A stretch of 63,625 nucleotides of DNA, counting the filler, from Rhabdomonas costata (Eukaryota), in the NCBI GenBank assembly GCA_019059605.1. It is 35 parts of 35 records of this genome, joined end to end, with 100 filler letters (N's around TTAATTAATTAA, not from the genome) between each part and the next. Parts side by side here need not be neighbours in the genome. Positions count along the whole stretch, not along the records: positions 23,677 to 25,397 come from JAHMHO010010079.1; positions 25,498 to 27,218 come from JAHMHO010010080.1; positions 27,319 to 29,039 come from JAHMHO010010081.1; positions 29,140 to 30,860 come from JAHMHO010010082.1; positions 30,961 to 32,682 come from JAHMHO010010083.1; positions 32,783 to 34,509 come from JAHMHO010010084.1; positions 34,610 to 36,330 come from JAHMHO010010085.1; positions 36,431 to 38,151 come from JAHMHO010010086.1; 27 more parts are not named here. One strand, 5' to 3'. The notes below the pieces were generated by a model that worked only from the letters and a program-made list of their open reading frames with translations, had not been told where the DNA came from and ran no database searches. The translations under genes were made by a program, and so were the position numbers. Positions 24,021-36,705 of the stretch are shown in pieces. The stretch's first letter is position 1. The number at the start of each line of letters is the position of its first letter.

Positions 24021-25193
24021 CGCGAGGGAAGCACCATAGAGTCTTCAGCGCACTGGTCCACCAGCTCAAGCAGCTTGTTCATGTATGCCAGCACCGTCTG
24101 AATCCGGTGCCGCCGCACCGCAGCCAGAAAGCGCCCACTGAGGAAAAAGACCCCCCGCCTTGCATTTCCATTCCATGCATATGCGGACCACTTCATGGGT
24201 TTGAAAATAAACAAACAACAGGCACGGCGTAGGGCCTCAAAATGCATCGAGTTTCCAGGCTTGCTGGCGTGACGTCACAAATTAAGGAGGAGGGTGAAAG
24301 GTGCGGGCAAGGGTGAAGGATGGGTAACCTGCTTTGTGTGGAATCAAACAGTCTGCCGTAGAACACTGCTGCCGAAGGCTGAAAGCCGGAGGGGGGAGGA
24401 AGGGTCAGAAACCAGAGTTAACATAACAACATAACAACAGGGCAAACATAATTACAAAAGTCGAAGAACACAAAGCAAAAGAATCCTCCGACATCTTCAC
24501 TCATGAATGGTAGTGCGGGCAAATTGTTGGAGGATCTTGACAGCCTGCCGAACGAGTGGTGCTCGGCACCTGTGCGCTGGATGAGGGGTGGTGGGTGGAG
24601 GTCAAGAGCCCCATTCACCTTCAGACCTGATCTTGGAAAAGGGCGTACTGCAATGCGTACACCTCCTTCGCCGTGGAGCATGGGCAAACCCGCCATAACA
24701 CGGACAATACTGCCTGTTCGTGTATGCCCAGAGGAAACAGAAAAGGGGACGTTCGTGTCCGAGGCACATTGATCGCAAAAAAGAGAAAGTGGTTCGAGAA
24801 ACAACAGTGATAAAAATCCTGACTCAGACACACGGTGACTCAGACACACGTCAAAGGCAACGCTGCAACATGCCATTTCTTGCAGACATTTCGCACAAAA
24901 TAAATTAGGCTCAGCAGTTTCTGTTTCTGGGCCAAATTGTGAATGGATGGGGAAGGGTATCTAACTTCGGGGATTCCGCTACATTCGAGATTGCCCAGTA
25001 AAACAGCCGGAAAGCAGCGGACATGACGCAACTGATTTACACAAACAGAGGCGATAGACAAGAAAAAGAGAGCACGGAAGGCGCACCGCCCGGGACAGAA
25101 AGCCCTTGCCGTTAATGTCCATCTCGGTAAGAGCAGTTTGCAAGTCCGCCACGAACCCTTCGCAGTCATCCCGGGCCTCTGTGGTGAGATTCC
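24021..25193 (-). CDS. EF-hand protein, TSNAXIP1-like (four exons, partial)
   Basis: Exons 25087-25193, 24627-24713, 24501-24544 and 24021-24137 are phase-compatible with GT-AG introns: ..LQTALTEMDINGKGFLSRA|AVLSVLWRVCPCSTAKEVYALQYALFQDQ|AVKILQQFARTTIHD|GRFLAAVRRHRIQTVLAYMNKLLELVDQ. DxNGxGxL is an EF-loop. The family call is tentative. Confidence 0.6.
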
Positions 25194-26200
25194 CTGAGGA
25201 AGCCACGGAAAGAATATGTCCGATACATTTGGAGAGGATAACATTGGTGAGGGTTTAATTCAGTAAAATTCATAAGAACAGGGAAGCATGCTGAAAGCAA
25301 TTGAAGGCAAAAGCAGAAAAACCACTATCATACGAGTATCCAAAATTTTAAAAGATAATACAAGCATCGCTGAATTGTGCCGTATTTACCCACACCCNNN
25401 NNNNNNNNNNNNNNNNNNNNNNNNNNNNNNNNNNNNNNNNNTTAATTAATTAANNNNNNNNNNNNNNNNNNNNNNNNNNNNNNNNNNNNNNNNNNNNGGT
25501 GGGTTGTACAATCGGAAGAACCCACCCCCGCTCGGCGCTTGTGCATGTGTATTCATAACTTTCATTGTTGGGGATAGGGCGCGCGTTTATCGATACACCC
25601 ACCGAAACGCGTTCTTCTGTCTTCAGGCAACGACTGCGGCAGCGGAAGCACCTCCTTCGAGTCCCTTGAGCCGCTTCATCGGTGCACAGGTTCCTTTCTG
25701 CGCAGCGGAACGGATGGGGGGGTGGGGTTTGCGATTGGCCTAGCTTCCTCCCGGAATTACCTTCTGCAAGCACATGTACCCACACCAGGAGAACTTCGAC
25801 AACACGCCCACTGCACGGTTATTAGATCGTGTTGGTAATCGAATGCTCTTTGGGCATCGCCTGCCACACCATGACGTGCTGTGCCTGCTGGAATTGTGCA
25901 GTGCCCATCTACAGCTGCTTACCATGGCCAGACGTGAATAGGTCCTCACACCAGACGCCAATCTCAAATGGACACTGGAACACACCAAAGCAGAGAAGAA
26001 ATCCGAGGACACCAGTGGTTGGTTTCCGAGCATTCCGCACAGGATGGGTCAAAGTGGAACGCTTAAATGGAGGATTACAAGGCTACACGTCAGGGTAAGA
26101 TAAGATACAACCGGTAGGAGGGATGGGGGGGATGGATCTTGCAAGGGAATAAGAAATCGTGTGTAACACGGTGGCTGTCTATGTCTCCCATTTTCTGCAG

Positions 26201-27008
26201 GTCCAAGACAGGAATGTTGTGGAGGAGCTGCTGGCGTGCAAGCAGGCTCGGGAGCTGGAGCTGCTTGAGGTGCGGCAGGCCGCCCTCGACCGCATTGCCC
26301 TGCTGCAGGCCCTCGTGGCAGATGTGGACCGCAAGCTGGGTCCCTGCCCCGCACCCTCCCCCTTTCCCCGATATAAAGCAAGAGCCCTTGCTTTCTCCGG
26401 CGTTGTCTTTTATGTGCAAAAGTTACTCAGCACGCGCCCCTTTGTTTATTTCTCTGCTCCTGCTGGGCGCTAAAAGAGCGCTCGCAATAGCTTACTTTCG
26501 CGGTTTGGGCTTTTCCTACTGCCTTTCCGGTGGAAACAAGTGTTACTTTTGAGCGTTTCTATCCTTCAGCCATTTTTCATTTTTCCCTTCTTCAGCTGCA
26601 GTTGCAGATGTTGGATGACCTCCAAGTTGTGTTATTTTGGAAATAGTTTCCCTCACCGCTATGTCGTGGTAATTTTTTTTTGCGTTGGCAATGCCATCGT
26701 ACCTGCCACCAGGCCTGCCTTCGTTGTTTCCACCACGCACTTTGCAGCGAGGTCTTCGCGATCCACCATCTCTGTTTCGTGGTATCGTTTCAACGTTTTG
26801 ACACTTCTGACATTGTGAGGTGAGCGGCATCTGTCAACCACCAGAGGTTCGACCGTCGACCCCCACCGCCGGCCCAATAGTATTTCGCTTGTGCAGGTTA
26901 CCTCAACGAAAAGTTTTCGGCCTGCGTGGACGATGTAGCGCTGGAGCTGGAGGCGACCGTCCGTCGGGCAAGACATTCTGTGGAAACCCCGCTGCTTTCG
27001 AGCCTTCG
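26201..27008 (+). CDS. Coiled-coil protein (two exons, partial)
   Basis: Exons 26201-26339 (VQDRNVVEELLACKQARELELLEVRQAALDRIALLQALVADVDRKL) and 26897-27008 (GYLNEKFSACVDDVALELEATVRRAR) join in phase. Confidence 0.65.
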
Positions 27009-28428
27009 GTGAGAATGGCCTGCGAGTGGCCTGGCCCTATTGCCTTTTTCGATTGCTTTGTGAGGCCTTGCCTTTAACTGTGTGAGATGGCTTTTTAGAA
27101 TTTATGCCTGTTCACATTGCCTTGTGGAAAACCTCATTTTGTGCAGGCAGTCATGTACTGTAACTGTTCTTTCTGGCTCCCTTGTAACAACAGCTTCACG
27201 GGTTTCCCAACATGGCTTNNNNNNNNNNNNNNNNNNNNNNNNNNNNNNNNNNNNNNNNNNNNTTAATTAATTAANNNNNNNNNNNNNNNNNNNNNNNNNN
27301 NNNNNNNNNNNNNNNNNNGTTTGTGTTGAAGAAGCCCGAGAGCCTGGGCTCCAGCGAGCCATCCTCCGCCACTGCCCCCGAAAAAAACCGAGGTGCTGTC
27401 TCCCATCCATTGCCCCCCATCCCAACTGAACCACCACATGTGGGCAACGGTTCATGCCAGGGCGTCAGACACAAATCGTTCGCGTTTTAACCAAGGTTTG
27501 GCGCCATGGCATTATGGGACCCCCCCCCCCCTATCGAGTTGTGTTTTGGGGACCCTCCCAGTTTTTGGGGTGTTTTACCCAAGGTTACCCAAGGCACCCA
27601 AGGTTTCCCATGCAGGACAGTCCATCCGCCTGTTGGGGATCAGGTGTATTTCACTCCGCGCGATTCGCCCTCTGACCCCATGCAAGACCTTGTGCCTTGT
27701 CCCAGACCACGTAATAACAGAGCCACTGGTGGGGTACTTTCTGAAGGCAGTGTTTCAGGCTTTAGGGCTTTCGCCAAACTTGTACCCAAACGTTTCCACA
27801 AAAAAACTGGCGAATGCACATGTTGTAAGGGTGTCGAAGAATGAACAAAAATAAAAAGGGGAGCGGGACAGAACTAGAACAAGCCAACAACCTGTGACCT
27901 TTTACTCATCTTCACATCTTTTACTCATCAAATATATAAATTTCACCTTTTTGTTAAATACCCTTACCCGGATGCAATGGCAGAATTTCTCCCCCTCCCA
28001 ATCCAGCCAACCAAATATGAAAAGGCATCCCAAAAAAACCCAGTGGACGTGGCCCACGCAGATTCTTTTCACTGTGTTCTTACTTCTGGGGCGCAAGGAG
28101 CGCGGGCTGTTGCGTGACTGGATTTTGGTTCCGCTGTGGACTCACGGGCGCACGCGTTGTTGGCCACAGGGGTTCTCGCGGGAGGTATACCGAGCATTCG
28201 AGATGCGGTAACCACCCTTCTGCCACCACGGGTGCAGGGCTTGTCTTTGTGGGAGGGTTTTACGGCTACTCGCACTGCTCCGTTGCTGTCTGTGTGCACA
28301 CGTGGGGGAAGGAGGAGAAGGAGACCAATAAACTTCTTCGCGAGAACAACCAAACCCGCCCGAGCCTACAGAACCCAGCACCTCATACACTGCCCGTAAG
28401 CAATCACAGCCAGAGGAGGCCACCACAC

Positions 28429-28716
28429 CTCCAGTTCGAATCGATCGGGCTCGGATCACCCCAAACGTGGCCTGCTTGAAGTTCAGCGTCAGGCCCTTCG
28501 AGGCCTCCCCTCTGCCAGCCCCAAGCCCTGCGGCAGCGCCGGGGACCGAGGAGGCCGTGGGCTTGCGGGGCGGATGCCCTACGACCAGACGGACTTCTGC
28601 ACTCGACCGACGCCCTGCCAGCGAGGAAGCCGACTCGAGGGACCGAGTGGTGATCCCGGCGTGCTGCGAGGAACGGGTGCTGTTGGAGCGGAGCATCTTC
28701 AGAGTGCGGTTGGTGA
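28429..28716 (-). CDS. Ser-rich exon, unknown protein
   Basis: ggccag acceptor, TNRTLKMLRSNSTRSSQHAG...GLTLNFKQATFGVIRARSIRTG, donor gtgtgg. Confidence 0.5.
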
Positions 28717-29533
28717 CTGGCCGGGGGGTTACGGAGTCGGGACGGAGCGAAGTTTCAGGGCAGAAAACTAAACGTCCAGTGACCGGTGGGAAACATTTCG
28801 GGCTGCCAGTGAGGTGCGATGGATTAAAGAGTTTTCGGGTGAAAGAGATGCGCATAATATGGCACCCTTGAATTTCAGATGTAAACCCATCATTGATACT
28901 GCAACATTTTTGGCATGCGTTTCGGAAAATCCAACTGGCATTCCAAAACATCTCAAAAACATCTCAACACCTCAAAAATCCTGCGGTGCAGGAAAGCTAA
29001 CCTTCCTTGGTATATGCGTACCTTAAGGAAACCACCCACNNNNNNNNNNNNNNNNNNNNNNNNNNNNNNNNNNNNNNNNNNNNTTAATTAATTAANNNNN
29101 NNNNNNNNNNNNNNNNNNNNNNNNNNNNNNNNNNNNNNNGGTTTGTTTGAATAGCTGGGGAACGTGCCAACTTTGTATTGATGGCTGCCGTGAAACGAGT
29201 TTATTTTGGGGAGGGGGAGTCGCCAGACTTCGCCAGACTTCGTTTATGTGGCTCTCAGTGGCTCAGCATTGCGTTTCTGTGGCAAACAACGAAGCAATAC
29301 CTGACAGCTTTTAACAAAAATAACCTGTTTCACACATGGGGGCGCATGAACAACACGAACCAACTAACAACAAAAAATCAGGTAGGGTTACCAGCAAAGG
29401 TAGCGGGCTTTTTCATTTAACTCCCTGTTACGCAAAAGCTTCTTCTGCTTATGGTTATCCACATAAAAATAGAAACCGAAGCGTGCCCGAGTCAGGGTTG
29501 GGGTTAAGAGGCTCCAGGGTTGCAGCCACGGAC

Positions 29534-29788
29534 CTCAACAGCACTCTGGCCTTGGGTCTTAATGGTGCTGACACCCTTGTTGGCGGCCTGCCAAGACACC
29601 ATCCACAGCGCTATGGTGGGGCAAATGGTGAAGACACACGTAGCCACCACCAAAATGGGCTTCAGCGAGACCCGGAGGACGGCTCTGTGCAGCTCCGGTG
29701 TGCCCTGGCGCGAGATGGAAAGTGCCTCGCCCCCTTCCCCGTCGGCACTTCTGTCATGAAACACCGCGGGGGTCTGGGAAACCGACAT
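29534..29788 (-). CDS. First exon of a receptor-like membrane protein
   Basis: ATG at 29788, ...RVSLKPILVVATCVFTICPTIALWMVSWQAANKGVSTIKTQGQSAVE, donor gtccgt; one transmembrane helix. The strand is not fully certain. Confidence 0.5.
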
Positions 29789-32700
29789 TTAACGGAAAAG
29801 GTGGTCATTTTACGCAAACCGACATTTTGCAGTGATAAGAGTGAAATGAAAGACACGCAGAAGTGGCAATGCCCACGAAAGAGGATCTAAAAACGAGAGA
29901 AAGCCATTGTAGACAGGGGTGGTGGCGGCGGCAATAATGATTATTTCGGCAATAATGATTATTTCTGCGGGATTTATATCCGAGTCCTTTCAGCGTTTCT
30001 TCCTTGACTCCGTCCATGGACAATTGTGTTGCTTGCTCGGGTCGGTGACTGATTATGCAAAGAAACAATGGAAAGGAAACATGCATCGACCGCACTAGTC
30101 CTTCGACTATCCCCTGGTAGATAAAAAATGAAAAAATGATTGACAATCAGCAACAGTTTGGGCCAATCAGAGCCCAAAGCTGTTCGACGTTTTTCCATCT
30201 GCACGATATGGTGAGAAGGCATATGCCTTTGAAGAACTCTTAATATCAGATGAGCGGCGCTACCACCAGAACCACGGGAACCCGCCATATGAAAACAGAA
30301 AAAATTTCCGCCTGATTACTCGCCAAGGACCACTCCGGTAGAGCCCAGCGGACGGCACAGACCTTGGTTCGTTCACAGGCTGGTTCATTACCACGACAGA
30401 GAAAGGAAGGAAAACAGGGCCTGTCGGTCAAAATACTTTTACGGCTTAATCAAGGTCACCTGGCGGCCCAGGTTGCACTTTCTACCTGGAGTATCCGAGC
30501 ATCTGGGTTTTGGGGTGGCAATTTAAGGTTCGAGAACCTAAAGTCGAAAAACTTATTCTGGGTGTACCATAGAGAACGTGTATAACCTGTCGTGCTTACC
30601 CTCTCCGTAATAATCAAGCACACGACATGTTCAGTCCAAATCAAAACGGGGGGCCGTGTAAAATGTCGACCTAACAATGAACCCAACAACCTGAGTCAAG
30701 GGTAAAGCCAGGTATCGAAAATCAAAAACTTCACACCACACATTACAGCTCACCGGTACCTTCCCCAAAAGGGCGAAACAGCGTGTTGGGGGCCGGCACA
30801 CATAAACGAAAGGCGATCAGAAGCGAGCGCGAAACTGAAAGAAAAAAAAGCAAACACAACNNNNNNNNNNNNNNNNNNNNNNNNNNNNNNNNNNNNNNNN
30901 NNNNTTAATTAATTAANNNNNNNNNNNNNNNNNNNNNNNNNNNNNNNNNNNNNNNNNNNNTGTGGTGGGTGTGGTTGGGTGGGTTTGGAGAAGTGTGTTG
31001 CTTGGAGACTCATGAAAGAGGTTTGGGAGGCATGGTGTATGTCGCGTGGTTTTGTATTGCTTCTTATTTAGTCGCTTTCTTTGGAGAGGTGCCCCTTGGT
31101 GCTCCTCTCTCATTTAATTTCCAGGGAAGCGGCAGCTTTTGTTTCTCTGTTTTTCCGTCGCGGCTTATTCGCCGCTATGAATATTCCCTTGACAACCATT
31201 GCGGATGAGTAATTCGGCTGTGTGCTTTTGCGGTTTGATGGGAATGGGTATCGCCGACCCTAGCCCTGGGAAGGTGAAGGAAGACTCAGAAAAATGTTTG
31301 CGAGCTGAAGTCTGTGTTCAGCTGTACTAGTGACATGCAGCATGGGCATGTGGATATGCATGTGCTTGTGTCCTGTTCGGCAAGGCCCGTCAACTGCATT
31401 CTGTCCATGTATTGCTCCCCAGTCAGCGCTGTGTGTCATGAGGCGGCAGCCGCAGAGACAAGTGGACGAATCTTTTTATTTCTATTCTCAAAAGGGGTTC
31501 AGCACGTCCCGCAGGAAAAAACACAGCACGACAAAGGAACGAACGGGGTGTGCCACGCACAAGCGGGTAATTTTGAGAGACAGGTTCGTAGACTGCTTTC
31601 ACACCTCCCAGGAAAAGCAGAACAACCGCAAAGCTTCGTTAGGGTACCACAACAAATATAACAGCACACACGGCCGGCCGGTTCCCGCTTTTCCCATCCC
31701 GTGCCTTCCGGTTTCGCGGGCCCGTGCTTTGACTCCTGTCTCTTTTCCCGGAAGTTCTGTGTCTGCTCATTCCGGCGTTGGCTTCCAGATGGCCCCGGCG
31801 AATTTGGCAAATTTGCGACGGTGCAGTGATGTTTGGTCGGGGTTGTTTGCAATTAACCCTCGCGTGGGCTGGCGTTGGGGTCGCGGTCCGGCGGAAAGCT
31901 TCTTGTGGCGCCCCAAGAAGATGTTCAAAAAAGATAAGGAGAAAGGAATGTCAACTCCTCTTTCGTCGGTGCGTGTTTCCTTCCTTGCTCTCTATCTCTT
32001 CTTGTTCTTCTTGATCTCCTTGCTTGTTGGCGCCTTGATGTGATTCTTTGTCTCGCTGGCCTGCCGCCTTTCTCCTGCGGGATCTTTCCCGAAACAAACT
32101 GGTAAAGAAAATCACCCCCAAACCTCGGACCATGAAATGCTTTGATGCCTTCCCCTACCCTTCATGTTCTCATCAGCTTGCTTGCTTTCATCCCTCGCTT
32201 CCCTCTCTCACGCCGCTACCTCTTTTTTCCTCCCCTAAACTGCTTTCTGCCTCCCGACTCTTGTCTTCCCCACCTACACGATCAATGCCTTGTCACCCAC
32301 CTTCGCCTTGGCAGCCAATCCCCCACGCACGGCCTCAATCTTGTGAGCCTCTCTTCTGGCACACTCTGCGGCAATTTTCTACACGACTATAAATAGCCTC
32401 CCCATTCCTCTCCGGTGAAACCTCCTTGACTCCAGGTTTTGGTTTCTTCCACCACACGACGTGCGGTTCCCTATTTTCGCTTTTTTCAACTTCCGTCATA
32501 AACCTCTTTGTTGTCCACCGCCTGCGTCGCATGGCTTTTCACATCTGTTAAAGCTTTTTGATTAAAGGCTTTTTAGCCTCGTGCAAATACTTGCTCAAAA
32601 AAGCTTCAGTCGGCACACACATGCATACGCACACCCTTGCGCACACTTATCAGCACTCAAACTGACACAAGCCCACCACACANNNNNNNNNNNNNNNNNN

Positions 32701-32875
32701 NNNNNNNNNNNNNNNNNNNNNNNNNNTTAATTAATTAANNNNNNNNNNNNNNNNNNNNNNNNNNNNNNNNNNNNNNNNNNNNTTTTGTGTGGAGCCCTAC
32801 ACAGACTGGCCCGATCCCAGCTCCACCTTGTACACGCAGAGCTTCCGGCCTCGGGAGCTCGCCCGGGAGGTCAAG

Positions 32876-32903
<28 letters not shown>
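32876..32903 (+). repeat. (GT)n microsatellite, possibly starting at a splice donor
   Basis: gtcaag followed by a (gt)n run. Confidence 0.9.
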
Positions 32904-32907
<4 letters not shown>

Positions 32908-33498
32908 TCAAGTATTGTGACTGCTCCAGACCTAAGGCAACTTATGCCCCCCACCAGAGGCACGTGCAGGCCCCCATGTTTCGCAGGGGAAGACCTGGTT
33001 GAGTGGGGTCAGAGTTGCCTTCACCCTTACGCCAAGTCGACACGAACGTGGTAGACCGTGAATTGATTTGAGCGGATTTCGGTGCGCAACAGTATCCGCA
33101 CCAGTGTTTACCCTTCACACCCAGCTCAGTGTGTGCGCGCCCATGGCTGTGCTGCTACAGAGAGCAGGTAAGAATTCAAAAGGTTCGCGCCCCGGTGAAA
33201 TACACCAGCACAAGGGACAGTGCTACAATTCGGCTTTCCATGTGCTCAGTAGAAGCTGACCTGAAGATCCTGGGTAAGAAGTCGTAGAGGCGAATTTTAG
33301 GTCTCCCAGCCATGAAGGCCAGGTTGGGGGCGAGCGTGTATGGTTTTCCCCATTTCAAAATTTTGCAAGGCAGTTGCTGCTCCCTCGTTTGCTGTCGTTT
33401 CGTCGCTTGTTTCCTGTGAAATGAATGCGCTTATTGCTCCGCGCCCGTTTTTATTCTGTTCTCCGAAACCGAAACCCCCCACATCCACGGGCACGCAG

Positions 33499-33588
33499 CA
33501 TAAGGACCCAGTGAAGCAGCGCATCGGGTTCTCGTCTTCCGTGCGAAGCGGCACCGACTTCGAGAAGTTCGAGTGGAAGCCTCTGTAG
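33499..33588 (+). CDS. Terminal exon, unknown protein
   Basis: acgcag acceptor, HKDPVKQRIGFSSSVRSGTDFEKFEWKPL*, high GC3. Confidence 0.5.
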   Translation, partial: HKDPVKQRIGFSSSVRSGTDFEKFEWKPL

Positions 33589-34355
33589 AGCTCTTTGTGC
33601 GCGGACCTTACTGTCTTGTTCTGCTCCGTGTTTGCCCCAAGAAATACAAGTGTTCTTCTTCCCAATGTTTGAATGTTTCGTTTTTTTTACTTATGCAGCC
33701 GTCGTCGCGGATGGTGGCGTTGGGTCTCAGACCATTGTGACCCCGCACATAGTCCTTTTTCGTTGGGTGCTGGCGTGCTGGCTGTATGTTTGATCCTGAC
33801 GCGTCTTTGTGCTACTGGGGGGGGGAGCACTGCCTTGAAACTCCTCCGGAACTCTTCGTAAATGATGGACTCATCTGAATTTTTTAATCCGATTGAATTC
33901 ACGGTTTGCTGTCTGAGTCACTTACAAAATCGATACTGTGTTTTTCCCCGTGACTTTTTCTGTACCAACTGCTGCTTCCATTCTGCTTGTAAAGAAATGT
34001 AGTGGCTGTTAGTATAGTGGCAGTTCCGCCTTCCTCACGCCAGATTCACCGGAACATTCTCTTGTGAAGGTTCTTTGCGAAAGATGTTGGTTGTTTGGAG
34101 TTGAAATACTGTGCTGTGCACCCCTGGGCACCACTGGTGCCGCCGCCGTGCATCAAAAACCCATATAAAAGCGGATACACTCACCTTTAAACGACAGCCT
34201 TTTAAGTGAAGGGAACAATAAATTGTTTGCACCAGGCGGGTTTCTTTTTATGAGAACCTGCACTTTTGTTGTGTGGGCGTCCTTCTGCAGGTTGACGTTT
34301 TCCTTGTCGTTGGCAGATTTTTCTCGTTTTCTGCTTTGTGGACCCTGAGCCCAAA

Positions 34356-34442
34356 ATGGCAGAGCTCAGGATGCGGGTACTGGAGGCGCGGGACTTGCCC
34401 ATCATGGACCGCAGCTCCAAGCTCACCGACGCCTACGTTGAG
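34356..34442 (+). CDS. C2CD5: C2 domain-containing protein 5-like, first exon
   Basis: MAELRMRVLEARDLPIMDRSSKLTDAYVE resembles the C2CD5/KIAA0528 N-terminus (LKVKIVAGRHLPVMDRASDLTDAFVEV); donor gtccgt. Confidence 0.8.
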
Positions 34443-34746
34443 GTCCGTGGGTTTCTCGATGCAACCCCTTCTGGCTTCACCTCACGCAGAACTGCATCGG
34501 ACACCACGCNNNNNNNNNNNNNNNNNNNNNNNNNNNNNNNNNNNNNNNNNNNNTTAATTAATTAANNNNNNNNNNNNNNNNNNNNNNNNNNNNNNNNNNN
34601 NNNNNNNNNTTTGTGTGGGTGTTCAGCACTATACTGGAAAAAGGCAACAAGTGACAGGCAATGATCGCTCATAACTGTTGCCAGAAATATGTGGCATCCC
34701 ATTGTCTCCTGAACCTGGCGTTTGTCCTGCCTCCTGCCTTTTTCAG

Positions 34747-36172
34747 TGATGCACCGCGACATCTGCCCGGCGGTCTTTTTCCGGCTGCCTAACGGGGACC
34801 TAAAGCTAGCAGGTCGCCCTCTCCCGCTCCTCTCCGGCGAGTCGACATGCTATGTGCACCCAACATGGCTAAAATGCACATCATGGGATCTCTGCACGTA
34901 TTGTTGACTGGTGCGGATGAGCCACACTGAGCACTCGGTTGTCCAGCAGCGTTCAACACATCCTTGCAGGACCGGAGCACAGCAGAGGGTCCTGGCTGAG
35001 CTGTAAATGACGTTCCTCTTCGTTGTTCGTTGAGCCCAATGCTTTGCACCACACATTGTGTGTCGATTCCTTGTTCTGCACCCGCAAGCTTCGGTTGGAC
35101 TGCGACTGAGATGGGAGGGTTTTTTTGGTTTATGCTAGCTGGAGCGTGTATGGGTTGGGCGCATCTGCGCAGACTTCGGAAAATGCGTGGTGATCGACGG
35201 GAAGGCAGGCAGGCCCCGGGCTGACGTGGGGACGGCGGGCTACAAGTGTGTCTCTGGGAAAGAGGTTGCGGTACTGGCAGCAGGGCATGGCAGAAACAGT
35301 GGGAGGGGATCCTGCTTCTATGGTGGCCATTGGCCCTGAGAGAGGGTAATCTTCACCAGTGTTAACGGTGAGTCCATAACATATCAATTGAAATGGCATT
35401 TGATGAGCCCCTTCAGTGTTTTTCTGGTTTCGCTGCGCAGCGGTCAGAATACAAACGACGACGATAAAGGCTCCCTGGAATTATAATGGTTTCGAAGCGT
35501 TTTGCGGGGAACCTGGTGAAGGTTCTTGGGATCCTGTTTCCTCCATCGAGTTTGAGTTTGAGTTGGACGTTGGAAATGGCGTTTGTTCGGCGTTGCTAAG
35601 ATTCGTTTTGTGTATGTGTGTGTCTGTGCGACATTGGAAGGAGAGAGTTCCAGGATACGCGAAATGGAGGATGCTGTGGGGGTCTGCTTTTAGGGCTCCG
35701 GAAGTGGTGGCGAACCTCCCCTCGGGGTATGACTTCAAAGCTGACATCTGGGTACCCTCTCCCCCTTCCTTTTGTCGATTGCCCTCACATTCCCTGCTAT
35801 TCACTTCGTTGTCACCACCTTTGTTGTTTCAGTTATCTCATGTTGTTTAATTTATCTCTATCTTGTGGATTTGTGTGACAGTGAGGGGAAGAAGGAAATG
35901 TAGCGGCCGAAAAATGCGATCGCATCGTTAGGACTTCAGAGCGTTTATTTGAAGCGTTTATGTTTTTTCATTTATGCTAGCGTCTTCTTTTGTGTGGCCC
36001 CCACAATATTTGGGTGCTGGAATCGGTGGAACTCCCTAAAACCAGTGAGGTCCGAGCGCTGTTGGTAATAACGTTTCTGGTGGCGCATGGGTGGGATTCT
36101 CAGAGTTTGGGATGCTTGGCCTTTATGATGGCCACGCTTCAGTTTCCGTTCCAAGAGCAGCCCACGCTGGAG
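34747..36172 (+). CDS. Ser/Thr protein kinase, subdomains VIb-IX (four exons, partial)
   Basis: Exons 34747-34812, 35173-35245, 35694-35751 and 36104-~36172 splice in phase to MHRDICPAVFFRLPNGDLKLADFGKCVVIDGKAGRPRADVGTAGYKAPEVVANLPSGYDFKADIWSLGCLAFMMATLQFPFQEQPTLE. Confidence 0.92.
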
Positions 36173-36705
36173 GCGACGCGGTTCGCGTGCTTTTGCGTGT
36201 GCATGTGTTTGTGCGTGCGTTCGCACGGTTTGATTCTTTAAGTGCGAAAGGGCTGGGAGACCAAAACCATTCAGGGCTCATCCTCAATCCGCGGAAACGA
36301 ACACAGGAAAGTATAGGGGACCACACAGCANNNNNNNNNNNNNNNNNNNNNNNNNNNNNNNNNNNNNNNNNNNNTTAATTAATTAANNNNNNNNNNNNNN
36401 NNNNNNNNNNNNNNNNNNNNNNNNNNNNNNTTTTGGTGGGGAGTCAAGCCTAGAGTATTGTCCCCAGCTCCTCTGTAATTTACTGGCTTCTCTCACTAGC
36501 CCCCAGAGCTCAATACTCTAGGCTTGACTCTCCAGCAAAACATTTGCTATGAATGCATCCACTCACAAAACAACAGCTGCTGTTATTGCTACTTGTGTGG
36601 ATGCTTGCACTGCAGAGAGTTCTAGGTGTGCAGCTCGTGCTCATGAACCGCGTTTATCCCAGAGCACACGGAAAAGAGCAGCTGAGAAGAAACAGCGAAA
36701 CGAAC

